From an uncultured virus (IMG/VR IMGVR_UViG_2663762966_000005) (lineage: Duplodnaviria; Heunggongvirae; Uroviricota; Caudoviricetes), in IMG/VR virus record IMGVR_UViG_2663762966_000005, positions 1-64,000 of that record: a stretch of 64,000 nucleotides of DNA; one strand, 5' to 3'. The notes under the pieces are model-generated. The model had not been told where the DNA came from, did not search any database, and saw only the letters and a program-made list of their open reading frames with translations. Position 1 is the stretch's first letter, and every line of letters begins with the position of its first letter. Made by a program: the position numbers and the translations under genes. Shown in pieces: positions 40,008 to 49,231 of this stretch.

Positions 40008-40949
40008 ATGGGCAGTCTTAATCTAGCAGCTATAACAGCTACTACTCCATACATTAAAAAGATCCAATCGGCATTAGAAAAAGCAACAGGCCAAACGATT
40101 GTTACACCAGAATTTCGCAAAATTAAGCGTGTTGCTGGTGTTAGCGTTTTACCAGTTGCATTTTTCTTTTCAGGTGGCGCTACGCTAACACTTTATGTTC
40201 GTGCTTTAGCAGATGTGGTCAAGGCCGAACTGAACGACAAAGTAATTGTGCTATCAGGAGATTTTAGTGATGACTATAAGCCAACATTTGAAAACGCCGT
40301 GAGTTGTGTAGCTAAACTTATCCGTGAAGCACAATCAAAGATTCAAGAACAAAATAAACGGGATAAAGTCAGTTTGCCGCCGCGCCGTACTTCTGTAGAT
40401 CAGAAAATTAAAGAAGTACAAGAACAAGAACAAAAGCTAGATGAAGATTTAGCAAAACAAACCGCTCAGCGTGACCAACTGAAGGAACAAATTGAACATG
40501 CTAAGCAACAACTTGGTATAAGTTCGGAGGCTGGTCAATCCGAACTGGGAAAGCCTGAATTTGATAGTGCGAGTCCAATCAAATCAGTTACAGCAAATAT
40601 CACACGTGGTAAAGCTGCAATGAACAAAGCCATTATGGAAAAAACCACAGTGCATAGAGCTATGTATCGTAATGATTTAGGCTGGGTGGATTTTGAGTAT
40701 GGCAGTGATAAACAGGGTATTAAGCATATTATCAAGCGCCGTATGGAAAGTGATGGCATGACATATGATGAAGTTGTGCATATGCTTGTGGATACTATTG
40801 TGCAAACAATCGCTCAAGGTAGTACACAACGGCGTACAGAACGTGGATTATCTACAAGAATAAATATTGTATTTAATTCGCATGAAGCGTCATTGATTAA
40901 GCGAGAAGGTAGTAATGCATGGCTGCTTACAGCTTTTGAAGTGCATTAA
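40008..40949 (+). CDS. DarA/Hdf-like N-terminal domain + coiled coil + PBECR1-like (barnase/colicin E5-type) ribonuclease domain
   Basis: N-terminal KRVAGVSVLPVAFFFSGGATLTL; C-terminal AMYRNDLGWVDFEYG...GIKHIIKRR...WLLTAFE. Confidence 0.65.
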   Translation: MGSLNLAAITATTPYIKKIQSALEKATGQTIVTPEFRKIKRVAGVSVLPVAFFFSGGATLTLYVRALADVVKAELNDKVIVLSGDFSDDYKPTFENAVSCVAKLIREAQSKIQEQNKRDKVSLPPRRTSVDQKIKEVQEQEQKLDEDLAKQTAQRDQLKEQIEHAKQQLGISSEAGQSELGKPEFDSASPIKSVTANITRGKAAMNKAIMEKTTVHRAMYRNDLGWVDFEYGSDKQGIKHIIKRRMESDGMTYDEVVHMLVDTIVQTIAQGSTQRRTERGLSTRINIVFNSHEASLIKREGSNAWLLTAFEVH

Positions 40950-41040
40950 AAAAAGCCCGGTAGTTAGAGATGGGTTGCGACATCTTCTAACCTACACTTA
41001 TGACCCTATACGTTCTCGTGTCATAAGTGGAGCGGGCTTT
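40948..41040 (-). ncRNA. Putative ~93-nt three-way-junction sRNA (tRNA/C4-like)
   Basis: Own sigma70 promoter (TTGAAA 41075-70, N17, TATTAT 41052-47); closing stem AAAGCCCG/CGGGCUUU plus U7; two internal hairpins. Confidence 0.65.
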
Positions 41041-41148
41041 GTATATATAATAATCCATGCATTTCTTATTTTCAAATATGGAACCATTCACGCTTACATA
41101 TATACAAAAGCAATACCCTTAATACAGTTCTTATTAAGGGTGTTTTTT

Positions 41149-41505
41149 ATGCAAATTCAAATCGGTATTGATATTGTCTTAATTCTTGCATTTTTAGCTT
41201 ATCTTTCCGTTGTTACAGGATGGAATAGCAAGAATAAAGCTGCGTATATTAAACAATTCCGTCATGTGCCTATAAGCCTCTTATTTAAAGAAATCAGATA
41301 TATGTATTTCATAAGTATGGCATGTGTATTGATCACTATTATTCTTGTTGATTGGCGAATCTATAACGTTGCTTCATATTTTGATGCATTAAGCGTTTCA
41401 TTATGGATATTCATAATCTATTTCACCATTTTTTCAACTTACCAGATCGGCACTGCAATACTAGTAAAGCTTTTGATGATTTTCAGTAATAGAGCAACTT
41501 CCTAA
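41149..41505 (+). CDS. Three-TM membrane protein (likely start MQIQIG)
   Basis: Hydrophobic segments; preceded by the TGGAAC promoter motif. Confidence 0.6.
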   Translation: MQIQIGIDIVLILAFLAYLSVVTGWNSKNKAAYIKQFRHVPISLLFKEIRYMYFISMACVLITIILVDWRIYNVASYFDALSVSLWIFIIYFTIFSTYQIGTAILVKLLMIFSNRATS

Positions 41506-41843
41506 TGATCACATCTAAAACAATTTTAGACATGGTTGAGTACTGGCTTAATCATCCGGTTAATGGGAAGTATGGTTCTGACTTTGGTGCACCTCTTTAT
41601 GATTTGCTAATGGCACCTTTAGACTCGAGGGTGGCAGATAGTTTTCTTATTAAGATGAAAAAGGATCTACCAATATTATCTGAGCTTAACTCTGACCAAT
41701 TAGCCCTGTATTCACAAACCGAAGGATTTGAGACGGTTCATATTCATTTAAGCATCATGAATGTGAATATAGATCTTAACCAAGTAGCAGACCGATTGGG
41801 TAAATCAGTAACAGGTGAGACATATGACATTAACGCAAGCTGA
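41505..41843 (+). CDS. gp25/gpW-like baseplate wedge protein
   Basis: YGSDFGAPLYDLLMAP motif; lies before the baseplate J-like gene. Confidence 0.6.
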   Translation: MITSKTILDMVEYWLNHPVNGKYGSDFGAPLYDLLMAPLDSRVADSFLIKMKKDLPILSELNSDQLALYSQTEGFETVHIHLSIMNVNIDLNQVADRLGKSVTGETYDINAS

Positions 41844-43269
41844 TTTTGAAGCCCAGCTCCAAGCAGCGATAGATGATTATGAGATTCAGGAACGCTATAA
41901 AGCTCAAGATCCACTTGTCGTTCACCAGCTGCGTTCTATGGCTAGTTTTTTGACTGCATTTGGTCCAGAAATCGATATTGCTTCAATTGAACCATTTACC
42001 AAAACACGTGACCGCTCAATTATTGCGGATGCTACAAATAAAGGCATTTTGCCTATAGGTACACCGTGTCAGCACTTAATAGAAATTATCAACCGGTCAA
42101 CAAATGCTGTGAGCTTAAGTCAAGGGCGAATGATTGAGGACCATAGCGGCGGTAGAGTATGGCGGTTGCTTCAATCAATTACTGTTAAAGCTGGTGAGAC
42201 GGCGGAAGTAATAGCAGAACAAAGTGAATACCGTGAAATTAAATATGTTGTACCAGTTACTGAAGGGTTCCATAAATATCGAATTGACCTTTTAGAGGAC
42301 CTTTCACTTGCAAATATTTCGGTTAAGCAGGGCAATAATAACTATGTAATTAAGCCGCGCTGGATGAATGTTGAACCAGGTGAATATGCTGTAACTATTA
42401 CTACAGATAATCTAAGAAGATTGTTTATTGAGTTTGGCGATTCTGAGAGAGCTGGTCGTACTCTGCAAGCCAATGAAACGGTAATAATTGGAATTCTTGA
42501 GACATACGGGGAAGTTGATGTTAATCGTTTAAAAGATGCGGCCTTACTTGATGTACTTACTAATGATGAACAGCGGGTATCAGTGCGTTTTAAAGCTGGT
42601 GGACTGATTAGAGAGGGCGTAGATCCGTTAGCTGTATCAGAATTACGTTTATTATCAAGCTATCCATCACTTTACGATGAAGATGCGGTATTTCTCGGCA
42701 ACTTTGACTATGCAGTCCGTAAAAAATTTATGAAACGGGCACAGTTTATTTCTGTCTGGAATGAAACGTTGCAAGAGCAACACTTTGCCATTACATACCG
42801 CGACATAAATCATTTAAATCTTGTGGTGGTTGCCAAGAACCCAGCTGAACAAGCAACGTTAGAACAAGATATCTGTCGGTATATTGGTTATTGCGATAAC
42901 TTGTATGAAGGTAAAGTGAATGTACATGAAGTTGTAGAAAAGCCAATTGAAGTAAAAATTAAAGGCTCTTTGGCTTCTGTACATAACACAGATATGGTTA
43001 AGACACAGATCAAAGAATTACTTGTAGAACGATACGGGCGTGAATCATTGAGCTCAAGTCGTTGGCTGGTTAATGGCTTTAATACGCAAGAAATGGGGAA
43101 GCTGATTAATGACAATATTGTGGCTTTCCAAGACCGGATGAGTGACTTTACCATTATGCTTTCAAATGAGTTGAATAAGCCTAATGAGTGGGTGTATGTG
43201 ACAAAAGACAGCATTACTGTTGAGTTGGAACGCACCGCTGATATTTCGGGGGCTACATGGACCCTATAA
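41824..43269 (+). CDS. Baseplate wedge protein (J/gp6/P1 BplA-like)
   Basis: IEFGD...G and ETYGE motifs; size and context. Confidence 0.65.
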   Translation: MTLTQADFEAQLQAAIDDYEIQERYKAQDPLVVHQLRSMASFLTAFGPEIDIASIEPFTKTRDRSIIADATNKGILPIGTPCQHLIEIINRSTNAVSLSQGRMIEDHSGGRVWRLLQSITVKAGETAEVIAEQSEYREIKYVVPVTEGFHKYRIDLLEDLSLANISVKQGNNNYVIKPRWMNVEPGEYAVTITTDNLRRLFIEFGDSERAGRTLQANETVIIGILETYGEVDVNRLKDAALLDVLTNDEQRVSVRFKAGGLIREGVDPLAVSELRLLSSYPSLYDEDAVFLGNFDYAVRKKFMKRAQFISVWNETLQEQHFAITYRDINHLNLVVVAKNPAEQATLEQDICRYIGYCDNLYEGKVNVHEVVEKPIEVKIKGSLASVHNTDMVKTQIKELLVERYGRESLSSSRWLVNGFNTQEMGKLINDNIVAFQDRMSDFTIMLSNELNKPNEWVYVTKDSITVELERTADISGATWTL

Positions 43270-43871
43270 GCTTTACTCGGCCTATCGATGAACAATATGT
43301 GAGTACGGGCTTGCAAACCGCACTTGCTAAAGCATTTAAACAAGTATTTGCACAAAACTTTGAACAGTCCATACAAGATTTATTGGATTACGGTTGTCCT
43401 CATATCGGTAGTAAAACAGTTGTAGAACGGTTCTCTAAACAAAACGGACTTGTTGTATTACGCCGAAATAACACCTCTGACACGTTAATGCGAATTATCT
43501 ATGCCAATTGGAGCAGCATGGGTAATAAAAGAGGATTAGCGTTTTTAGAGTTTGTTTTACGAATGTTGTGGGGGAAAGATCATTTTCAGATTATCCGGCT
43601 ATGGCATAGCTTGGAAAAGCTAAAAGAATATCCAGCCTATTTGTCTGATTTTGAAAAGCCAAATTACTTCTTAACAAGTCGGATTAGAATTGTTTTAGAT
43701 AAAACTGTTGATGCAAATGAAGTGGTAGAGCTGTCACCGATATTACGCCGTTTAGTACCAGCCAATATTGTCGTTAAAGTTCACTCAATGGCATTTGATA
43801 GAGATTTAGGCACCACAAGCTTTGCAGCGGCAATAGCAGCTAAGCCTTATGCAGTCTATAACTTCCTTTAA
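43257..43871 (+). CDS. Baseplate protein (gpI-like)
   Basis: RGLAFLEFVL...LRRLVPA motifs; follows the J-like gene. Confidence 0.55.
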   Translation: MDPISFTRPIDEQYVSTGLQTALAKAFKQVFAQNFEQSIQDLLDYGCPHIGSKTVVERFSKQNGLVVLRRNNTSDTLMRIIYANWSSMGNKRGLAFLEFVLRMLWGKDHFQIIRLWHSLEKLKEYPAYLSDFEKPNYFLTSRIRIVLDKTVDANEVVELSPILRRLVPANIVVKVHSMAFDRDLGTTSFAAAIAAKPYAVYNFL

Positions 43872-43949
43872 TTCAATTGGAACTGTTGAGTTAGCGCTCA
43901 AATACAAAATGATTTCATAGTCCTGTTCATTAGTTCAGGACTTTTTTAT

Positions 43950-44408
43950 ATGCAACAAGCTCAAGACAATGTTTTAGTAGGAATCGCAGAACCTATCAAT
44001 GGTCAGGGAGAAAACTTATTAATTGATCATTTCTTAGGATATGCTAGCCATGAATTAGAACCACAAGAAATTGATAAAGTTATTAAAGGGGAAGTGGTTG
44101 AAGGCATTACGGAATATGCTCAGGGCCATTACTATAAGATTTCAGCAAATCCTGAAAACCAAAATGCAAAAGATTTTGAAATCAGTATTCATTTTCAAGA
44201 TGGCCCAATTCCAGAACATGGGGTGAATGGGGTTACTAGTGAAGCATTGTTAAAAGTACTTATTCACCGTACTAAAACCTTGGATGAAAAATTTCCGAGT
44301 GAGTTCAACAAACAAGCCATTATTTATATGGAAAGTGCGCTAGAAGAATTTAATAAACGTACAGCTGAGCGCCGTGCTCGTGGTGTTGAAGGCACTCTTG
44401 TTAAGTAA
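43950..44408 (+). CDS. tad1: Tad1-family anti-defence signal-sponge protein
   Basis: HYY...IHFQDGPIPEHGVNGVTSEALL...HR...FPSEFNKQAIIYMESAL...RTAERRARGVEGT follows the Tad1 consensus. Confidence 0.78.
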   Translation: MQQAQDNVLVGIAEPINGQGENLLIDHFLGYASHELEPQEIDKVIKGEVVEGITEYAQGHYYKISANPENQNAKDFEISIHFQDGPIPEHGVNGVTSEALLKVLIHRTKTLDEKFPSEFNKQAIIYMESALEEFNKRTAERRARGVEGTLVK

Positions 44409-44419
44409 TTGGGTGAAGT

Positions 44420-44647
44420 ATGCGATTAAAAATCTTTTGTAGAAAACGTGCTTGTTCTCAATTAATTGACTTATCTCAAATGGATTGTTTGCAAGTCTCC
44501 GAAAGTGAACATCGAGGAGGCATGGTCCATGAGCGCTTTTATGATGTTTTTATTTCTCTTAAAAGTGGGTACATCTTTGATGCAACCATTGAAGATAAAC
44601 AGCATGACAAGCTATTGGAATTAATTGAGTTTGATCAAAAGATTTGA
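44420..44647 (+). CDS. Hypothetical protein in operon with the Tad1-like gene
   Basis: 11-bp gap; GGGTG RBS. Confidence 0.55.
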   Translation: MRLKIFCRKRACSQLIDLSQMDCLQVSESEHRGGMVHERFYDVFISLKSGYIFDATIEDKQHDKLLELIEFDQKI

Positions 44648-44719
44648 TTTGGAACTGATTAAATTTCAACTATAGAACAACTGAAACAATAGCCTCAATC
44701 ACAGCATTGGGGCTTTTTT

Positions 44720-45625
44720 ATGGCTAGCAAAAATAGAAAGACAAAAGTTCTATCTTACAACTTACATGACCGATGCCGTAAATTTACCGGTGTTGATCGA
44801 AGTAATGTCGATGTAGATGCAATGGTCAACTTGATCAACAGTGACCATGTACAAGAAATGGTTGCTACTAATTCATTACAAGGTTTTTACGGTCATCAAA
44901 TTCGACAGCGCTATGGTATGGTGCCGCCTGAAACGGTGATCATTAAAGGTAAAGTTGTATATCTTTCACGGGCATTTAAAACAATTGAATTACGTGCGTC
45001 AAAGGATGGAACAGTTGAACACCGAGAAGAGTTTTATGATAACGAGCCTGGTGAGATCGCATTACAAGATTATAAAGCCCAAGCGGGTGGTTTTAGCACA
45101 TCAGTCAATTACAAGAATGTCGGTGGCCGTTTAATTCCAACGGGTTTTTTTGGTTTTGATTTCGTTGCACAACCAAATTATGCAAGTAATGTAGGTGATG
45201 GTCAGTTATTTGATGGATTATTTGTTCCTGAAGAGCCAGAAGGTGTTGTTTCTTGCTTTGATAGCGCAACAGATATTTCACAGTTATCACAGCCCGAAAT
45301 TATTATTGCCCAATTACTTGAAGATCAAATTTTACAGACATACGACAATATCAATAGTCAGCTGCATCTATTAACCGAGTTAGGAAATGCTCAAGGATTA
45401 GTGGGTGAATTATCAGAAAAAGTTGATAAACAGAAACGCTTGCAACAACTTAGAGAAGAACGAAAAAAAGAACTCTATACGGGTATGGTAAATCCTGTGA
45501 AGAGTTTTGATTCAGTACAACAACAAGCTGAACAAATCATTCAAAGTTTGGACAATCCAAACGTAAAAGAGAAACCTAAAAAGCCGAAAAAGTCTTTTGG
45601 CAGTATCTTTAGTGTATGGGGGTAA
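44720..45625 (+). CDS. Prohead maturation protease (P1 Pro-like)
   Basis: GFYGH...GTVEHREEFYDNEPG...AGGFS...GFDFVAQPNY has the His/Ser/Asp layout of P1 Pro and T4 gp21-type proteases. Confidence 0.75.
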   Translation: MASKNRKTKVLSYNLHDRCRKFTGVDRSNVDVDAMVNLINSDHVQEMVATNSLQGFYGHQIRQRYGMVPPETVIIKGKVVYLSRAFKTIELRASKDGTVEHREEFYDNEPGEIALQDYKAQAGGFSTSVNYKNVGGRLIPTGFFGFDFVAQPNYASNVGDGQLFDGLFVPEEPEGVVSCFDSATDISQLSQPEIIIAQLLEDQILQTYDNINSQLHLLTELGNAQGLVGELSEKVDKQKRLQQLREERKKELYTGMVNPVKSFDSVQQQAEQIIQSLDNPNVKEKPKKPKKSFGSIFSVWG

Positions 45626-45627
45626 TA

Positions 45628-46431
45628 ATGAATTACCCCAACGATTCGCTTAAATGCATCCAAAACGCTTGGTATAAGCAGCTTGTCAATTTTCGTGCTT
45701 GGTATATGCCTGAGACCCAATTAACGGCTGACTGGAAGTTGAGAGCCATTGGTAACGCTATAAAAGCATGTCCGTCACGGATGATGGACGATTCAGAAGC
45801 AATGCTTTCTGAATATAGAAAAAGCCAGAAGCATGAGGAAGAATCCAAAGTGATTTTACCTGTAATGCTTACTGCAACAGCGTTAACTGACCAACCCCCT
45901 GATGTAAATCAATTACTACCAGTGCCTGATTTTATTGAAACGGTCATTGATGAGAAACGGGTGAAGGTTCGTCTGGTGCCGACAACTGTACGTGCTCAAA
46001 TCGCTTTCTTTGCCACCAATCCCAATGATCTGCGTTCAGTCATTGGGCAGTTTTGCGCATACATGTCTAGCAGCGATAACCGCCGTTTTAATGTGCCATT
46101 TCAGCAATGGAATGATCATGTTGTTAATTCAACATTCACTGTTTTTGAAAATGAACTTTTTCCATCACCAGTCCCAAGCGAAGCAATCAATCTTTCTATC
46201 TCAACTGTAGATATTCAGCTTGTGGGTTATACACCTAACGTTATCGGTTTCGGTGGTCCATTCGACAACAACACAGGTAATGGCTATGAACCTGACGGCT
46301 CAGCAACGGAACAGCCCGCAATCAACGACAAAGTTGTAGTGCAAGCTGATCAGTACACATCACTCGATCACCAGCGTGTGAAGGGTGATAGAGAAACAGG
46401 TGAAATTACAGTTGAGCGTATAGATGACTGA
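45628..46431 (+). CDS. Hypothetical virion morphogenesis protein
   Basis: In the operon between the protease and terminase. Confidence 0.6.
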   Translation: MNYPNDSLKCIQNAWYKQLVNFRAWYMPETQLTADWKLRAIGNAIKACPSRMMDDSEAMLSEYRKSQKHEEESKVILPVMLTATALTDQPPDVNQLLPVPDFIETVIDEKRVKVRLVPTTVRAQIAFFATNPNDLRSVIGQFCAYMSSSDNRRFNVPFQQWNDHVVNSTFTVFENELFPSPVPSEAINLSISTVDIQLVGYTPNVIGFGGPFDNNTGNGYEPDGSATEQPAINDKVVVQADQYTSLDHQRVKGDRETGEITVERIDD

Positions 46432-46624
46432 CTTAATCGATAAGGCACAAGAAAGTGCTGATTATTTATTGCAGCAAGAAATTGCAAACCGATGCCGTTT
46501 TGAAGGCGAATCTGAAAAAGAATGTGTTGAATGTGGTGAAGAAATACCAGAGCGCCGCCGTGCTTTAGGTGGCGTGAAATTCTGCATTGAATGCCAAACC
46601 AAGTTAGAACGCAAACGGCGCTAA
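46424..46624 (+). CDS. TraR/DksA C4 zinc-finger protein
   Basis: DLIDKAQE N-terminus; CVECGEEIPERRRAL...FCIECQ. Confidence 0.88.
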   Translation: MTDLIDKAQESADYLLQQEIANRCRFEGESEKECVECGEEIPERRRALGGVKFCIECQTKLERKRR

Positions 46625-46635
46625 GGATAAATGTA

Positions 46636-47148
46636 ATGTCTGGAATTATTCGTATAGACAGCCGTGTTGCTGGGTTTTCGGATCAACCAATTCGACTTAT
46701 TGGAGCGGCATTTGCTGATACAGGTGAGCTTGTTATTCAAAAAACAGCTGTTTATTCAAATTTGCCCGTACCAAGCGATTTAAGAGATCAAACAGTTGTA
46801 GTAACTGACTCACCGGATCAAGTACAGAATTGGCAATTAAGTTTCAATGCTAAAGAGCACTTAGAAGAAGTGATTTCAATTTACCAAGCTCGTTTCAGAG
46901 CAAAGTTAATTGAAATTGAGCCGAAGCTAAACCAGTACAACCCTAAAAACGTACTTGAAATCCGTAAGGTCGATAAAAACGGCCTTCAGCAAGAATTTGA
47001 TAGCAGCAGCTTAAACAATGGACACATTGCAATTCTATTAGCTGTTTGGGCTAGTACGAAAATTGCCAAAGGCTTTTCAATTACTGAAGGGAATCAGTTT
47101 GAAGAAGATGCTGTAGATCCAACAATGCTTCCTTTTTCAATCTTTTAA
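46636..47148 (+). CDS. Hypothetical protein upstream of the terminase
   Basis: AAGGA RBS before MSGII. Confidence 0.6.
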   Translation: MSGIIRIDSRVAGFSDQPIRLIGAAFADTGELVIQKTAVYSNLPVPSDLRDQTVVVTDSPDQVQNWQLSFNAKEHLEEVISIYQARFRAKLIEIEPKLNQYNPKNVLEIRKVDKNGLQQEFDSSSLNNGHIAILLAVWASTKIAKGFSITEGNQFEEDAVDPTMLPFSIF

Positions 47149-47167
47149 GTAATGGTGTTTTTACGGT

Positions 47168-49159
47168 ATGGCTTTGGCACCATTAAAAGAAATTCCCGAA
47201 TGGTGGGAACTTTGTGAGCGTTATCGATACGACATCTATGCTTTCGCCGTAGAAGCATTAGGTGTCGAACCCACATGGCAACAAGAATTACTTTTTGAAT
47301 CTATTGCATTTGATGGTAGCCGTACTTCAGTAGCATCGGGGCATGGTTGCTTTGGTAAAGGGACTTTAATCAAATTAGCCAATGGGGAATTTATCCCAGT
47401 TGAGCGTATTAATCTAAATCATAAAATTCTTGCTGCAGATGGTAAGACAGAACTAGATGTAATTAAAACAGTAACCGGTTATCAGGAAATGTTCCGGTTT
47501 GAATATGAGAATGGTAAAGCTCATACATTCAATAAATCACATATTCTTTGCTTAATTTCTTTATACGATGGTAACGGGTGGTCAAAGGGCGACAAGATTG
47601 AATTGCTTGTTTCTCAATATATGAACCTTAAACCTGAAAGTAGGGAACAGTTTGCATCTTATAGGCTTATAGATGGGGAACATAAGCCTTTAAAAATTAC
47701 ATCGGTTACTGAGCTAGGTGAAGGTAAATATTACGGTTTTGTACTCGATCCAGATCCATTTTTCTTGGGTGAAGATGACTTAGTACTTCATAACACTGGT
47801 AAAACGGCCAGTGCCGGTATTGTTGCCTTATGGCATCTCTTGTTTTTTGATGAATCCATCATGATGTTTACTGCTCCGCAGATTGGGCAGTTAAAGAAAC
47901 AAGTGTGGAAAGAAATCAGTATCAATCTAGCACGATTGAAGCAAGGGCCTTTGGCTTGGCTTGCTGATTATGTTGGGTACCAATCTGAACTTGTATACAT
48001 CAAAGGCTACAAAGAAAAATGGTATGTCTTTGCGAAGACAGCACCAAAACATCAACCTACAAACTTAGCAGGTAACCACGGCGATAACTACATGGTCTGG
48101 GTCGATGAGGCCAGTGGTGTAGATGATGCCGTACTTGATGTAGCATTTGGTGCCTTAACGCACGAAGACAACCGTGCAGTAATGACCTCTCAGCCTACCC
48201 GTAACGCGGGGATGTTCTATGAAACTCATCATAAGTTAAGTCATCGAGCAGGTGGGGTATGGATTGCTCTCACATTTAATGGTGAAGAGTCACCACTAGT
48301 TAGTAAGCAGTCCTTAGAAGAACAACGGCAAAAATACGGAAGCAGAGAAGATGCCCAGTATAAGATTCGTGTTCTAGGTGAATTCCCAGACTTATCAGAC
48401 GAGTTCTTAATTACCAAGCGTCAAACTGAAGAAATGTATGTTGGCGCCAGTATTTTTGATGACCATCAATTCGGCTATGTCATTACGGTTGACGTTGGTG
48501 GTGGTGTCGGCCGTGACGATTCAGTAATTGTTGTTTCTAAAGTTTGGGGTGAATCGCAATGGGGAGAGCGCGCACGCCGTGTAGAAGTTGTAGATATTCC
48601 ATTATGCAAAAACAGAGATGATATCTTAGAACTATTTGCAAAGATTAATGAGCTACTTTTACAGTACCCAAATGCTAACTTAGTTGTAGATGATAACGGG
48701 GCGGGTAAAGGTTTAGGCCAATACCTTAAAAAGCAAGGTATTTTCTACGTTCCTGTTTATTGGGGCTCACAATGTTTTAGTAATGACAATAGAAAAGAGT
48801 TTACAAATAAAAGGTCATTAGCTTATGTTGGCTTAGCTCGAGCAATCGCAAGTGGCCGTTTTAAAATAAAAACGAAGAAACACAATGTGAAAATTAAAGA
48901 TCAGTTAATCCACGTTCCATACCGTTTTGATGACTTTGCTCGTTATAAAATCTTAAGCAAAGACGAAATGAAACGGATGGGAATTAAATCACCGGATATT
49001 GGTGATGCTTTTGCCTTCTTATTCTTAGAAAACGTTCATTACACTGAAGCTTACGAAACTGTAAATGTCACTGACGATACACCAGAAGGCCGTGAACAAG
49101 CTGAACGTAAGTCAAGATTCAGTGCTTTAAGAGAAGCTGCCGAAAAAGAAAATGATTAG
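47168..49159 (+). CDS. pacB: Terminase large subunit (P1 PacB-like) with mini-intein
   Basis: RYRYD, PTWQQ, SGHG/TGKT Walker A, VDEASGV Walker B, SQPTR and SPDIGDA motifs. Confidence 0.88.
   Translation: MALAPLKEIPEWWELCERYRYDIYAFAVEALGVEPTWQQELLFESIAFDGSRTSVASGHGCFGKGTLIKLANGEFIPVERINLNHKILAADGKTELDVIKTVTGYQEMFRFEYENGKAHTFNKSHILCLISLYDGNGWSKGDKIELLVSQYMNLKPESREQFASYRLIDGEHKPLKITSVTELGEGKYYGFVLDPDPFFLGEDDLVLHNTGKTASAGIVALWHLLFFDESIMMFTAPQIGQLKKQVWKEISINLARLKQGPLAWLADYVGYQSELVYIKGYKEKWYVFAKTAPKHQPTNLAGNHGDNYMVWVDEASGVDDAVLDVAFGALTHEDNRAVMTSQPTRNAGMFYETHHKLSHRAGGVWIALTFNGEESPLVSKQSLEEQRQKYGSREDAQYKIRVLGEFPDLSDEFLITKRQTEEMYVGASIFDDHQFGYVITVDVGGGVGRDDSVIVVSKVWGESQWGERARRVEVVDIPLCKNRDDILELFAKINELLLQYPNANLVVDDNGAGKGLGQYLKKQGIFYVPVYWGSQCFSNDNRKEFTNKRSLAYVGLARAIASGRFKIKTKKHNVKIKDQLIHVPYRFDDFARYKILSKDEMKRMGIKSPDIGDAFAFLFLENVHYTEAYETVNVTDDTPEGREQAERKSRFSALREAAEKEND
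47348..47794 (+). mobile_element. Mini-intein (149 aa, no homing endonuclease) in the Walker A motif
   Basis: N-terminal CFGKGT, block B FNKSHIL, block F YYGF, C-terminal VLHN followed by T(+1). Confidence 0.9.
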
Positions 49160-49231
49160 TTTTGTGGAACTGCCCCCCACCGAACCTTTTTGCCGTAACT
49201 ACCATAGATCAATAAATCATATGGGTGGGTT

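Noticed and set aside
40948..41040. Canonical tRNA gene
   Set aside because: It has only two internal arms, with no GTTC, anticodon arm or CCA. I recognised no true tRNA or rRNA in the window.
40915..41148. N-terminal part of ORF 40915-41505
   Set aside because: It overlaps the upstream gene, the sRNA and two promoters. The real start is more likely the ATG at 41149 with its RBS.
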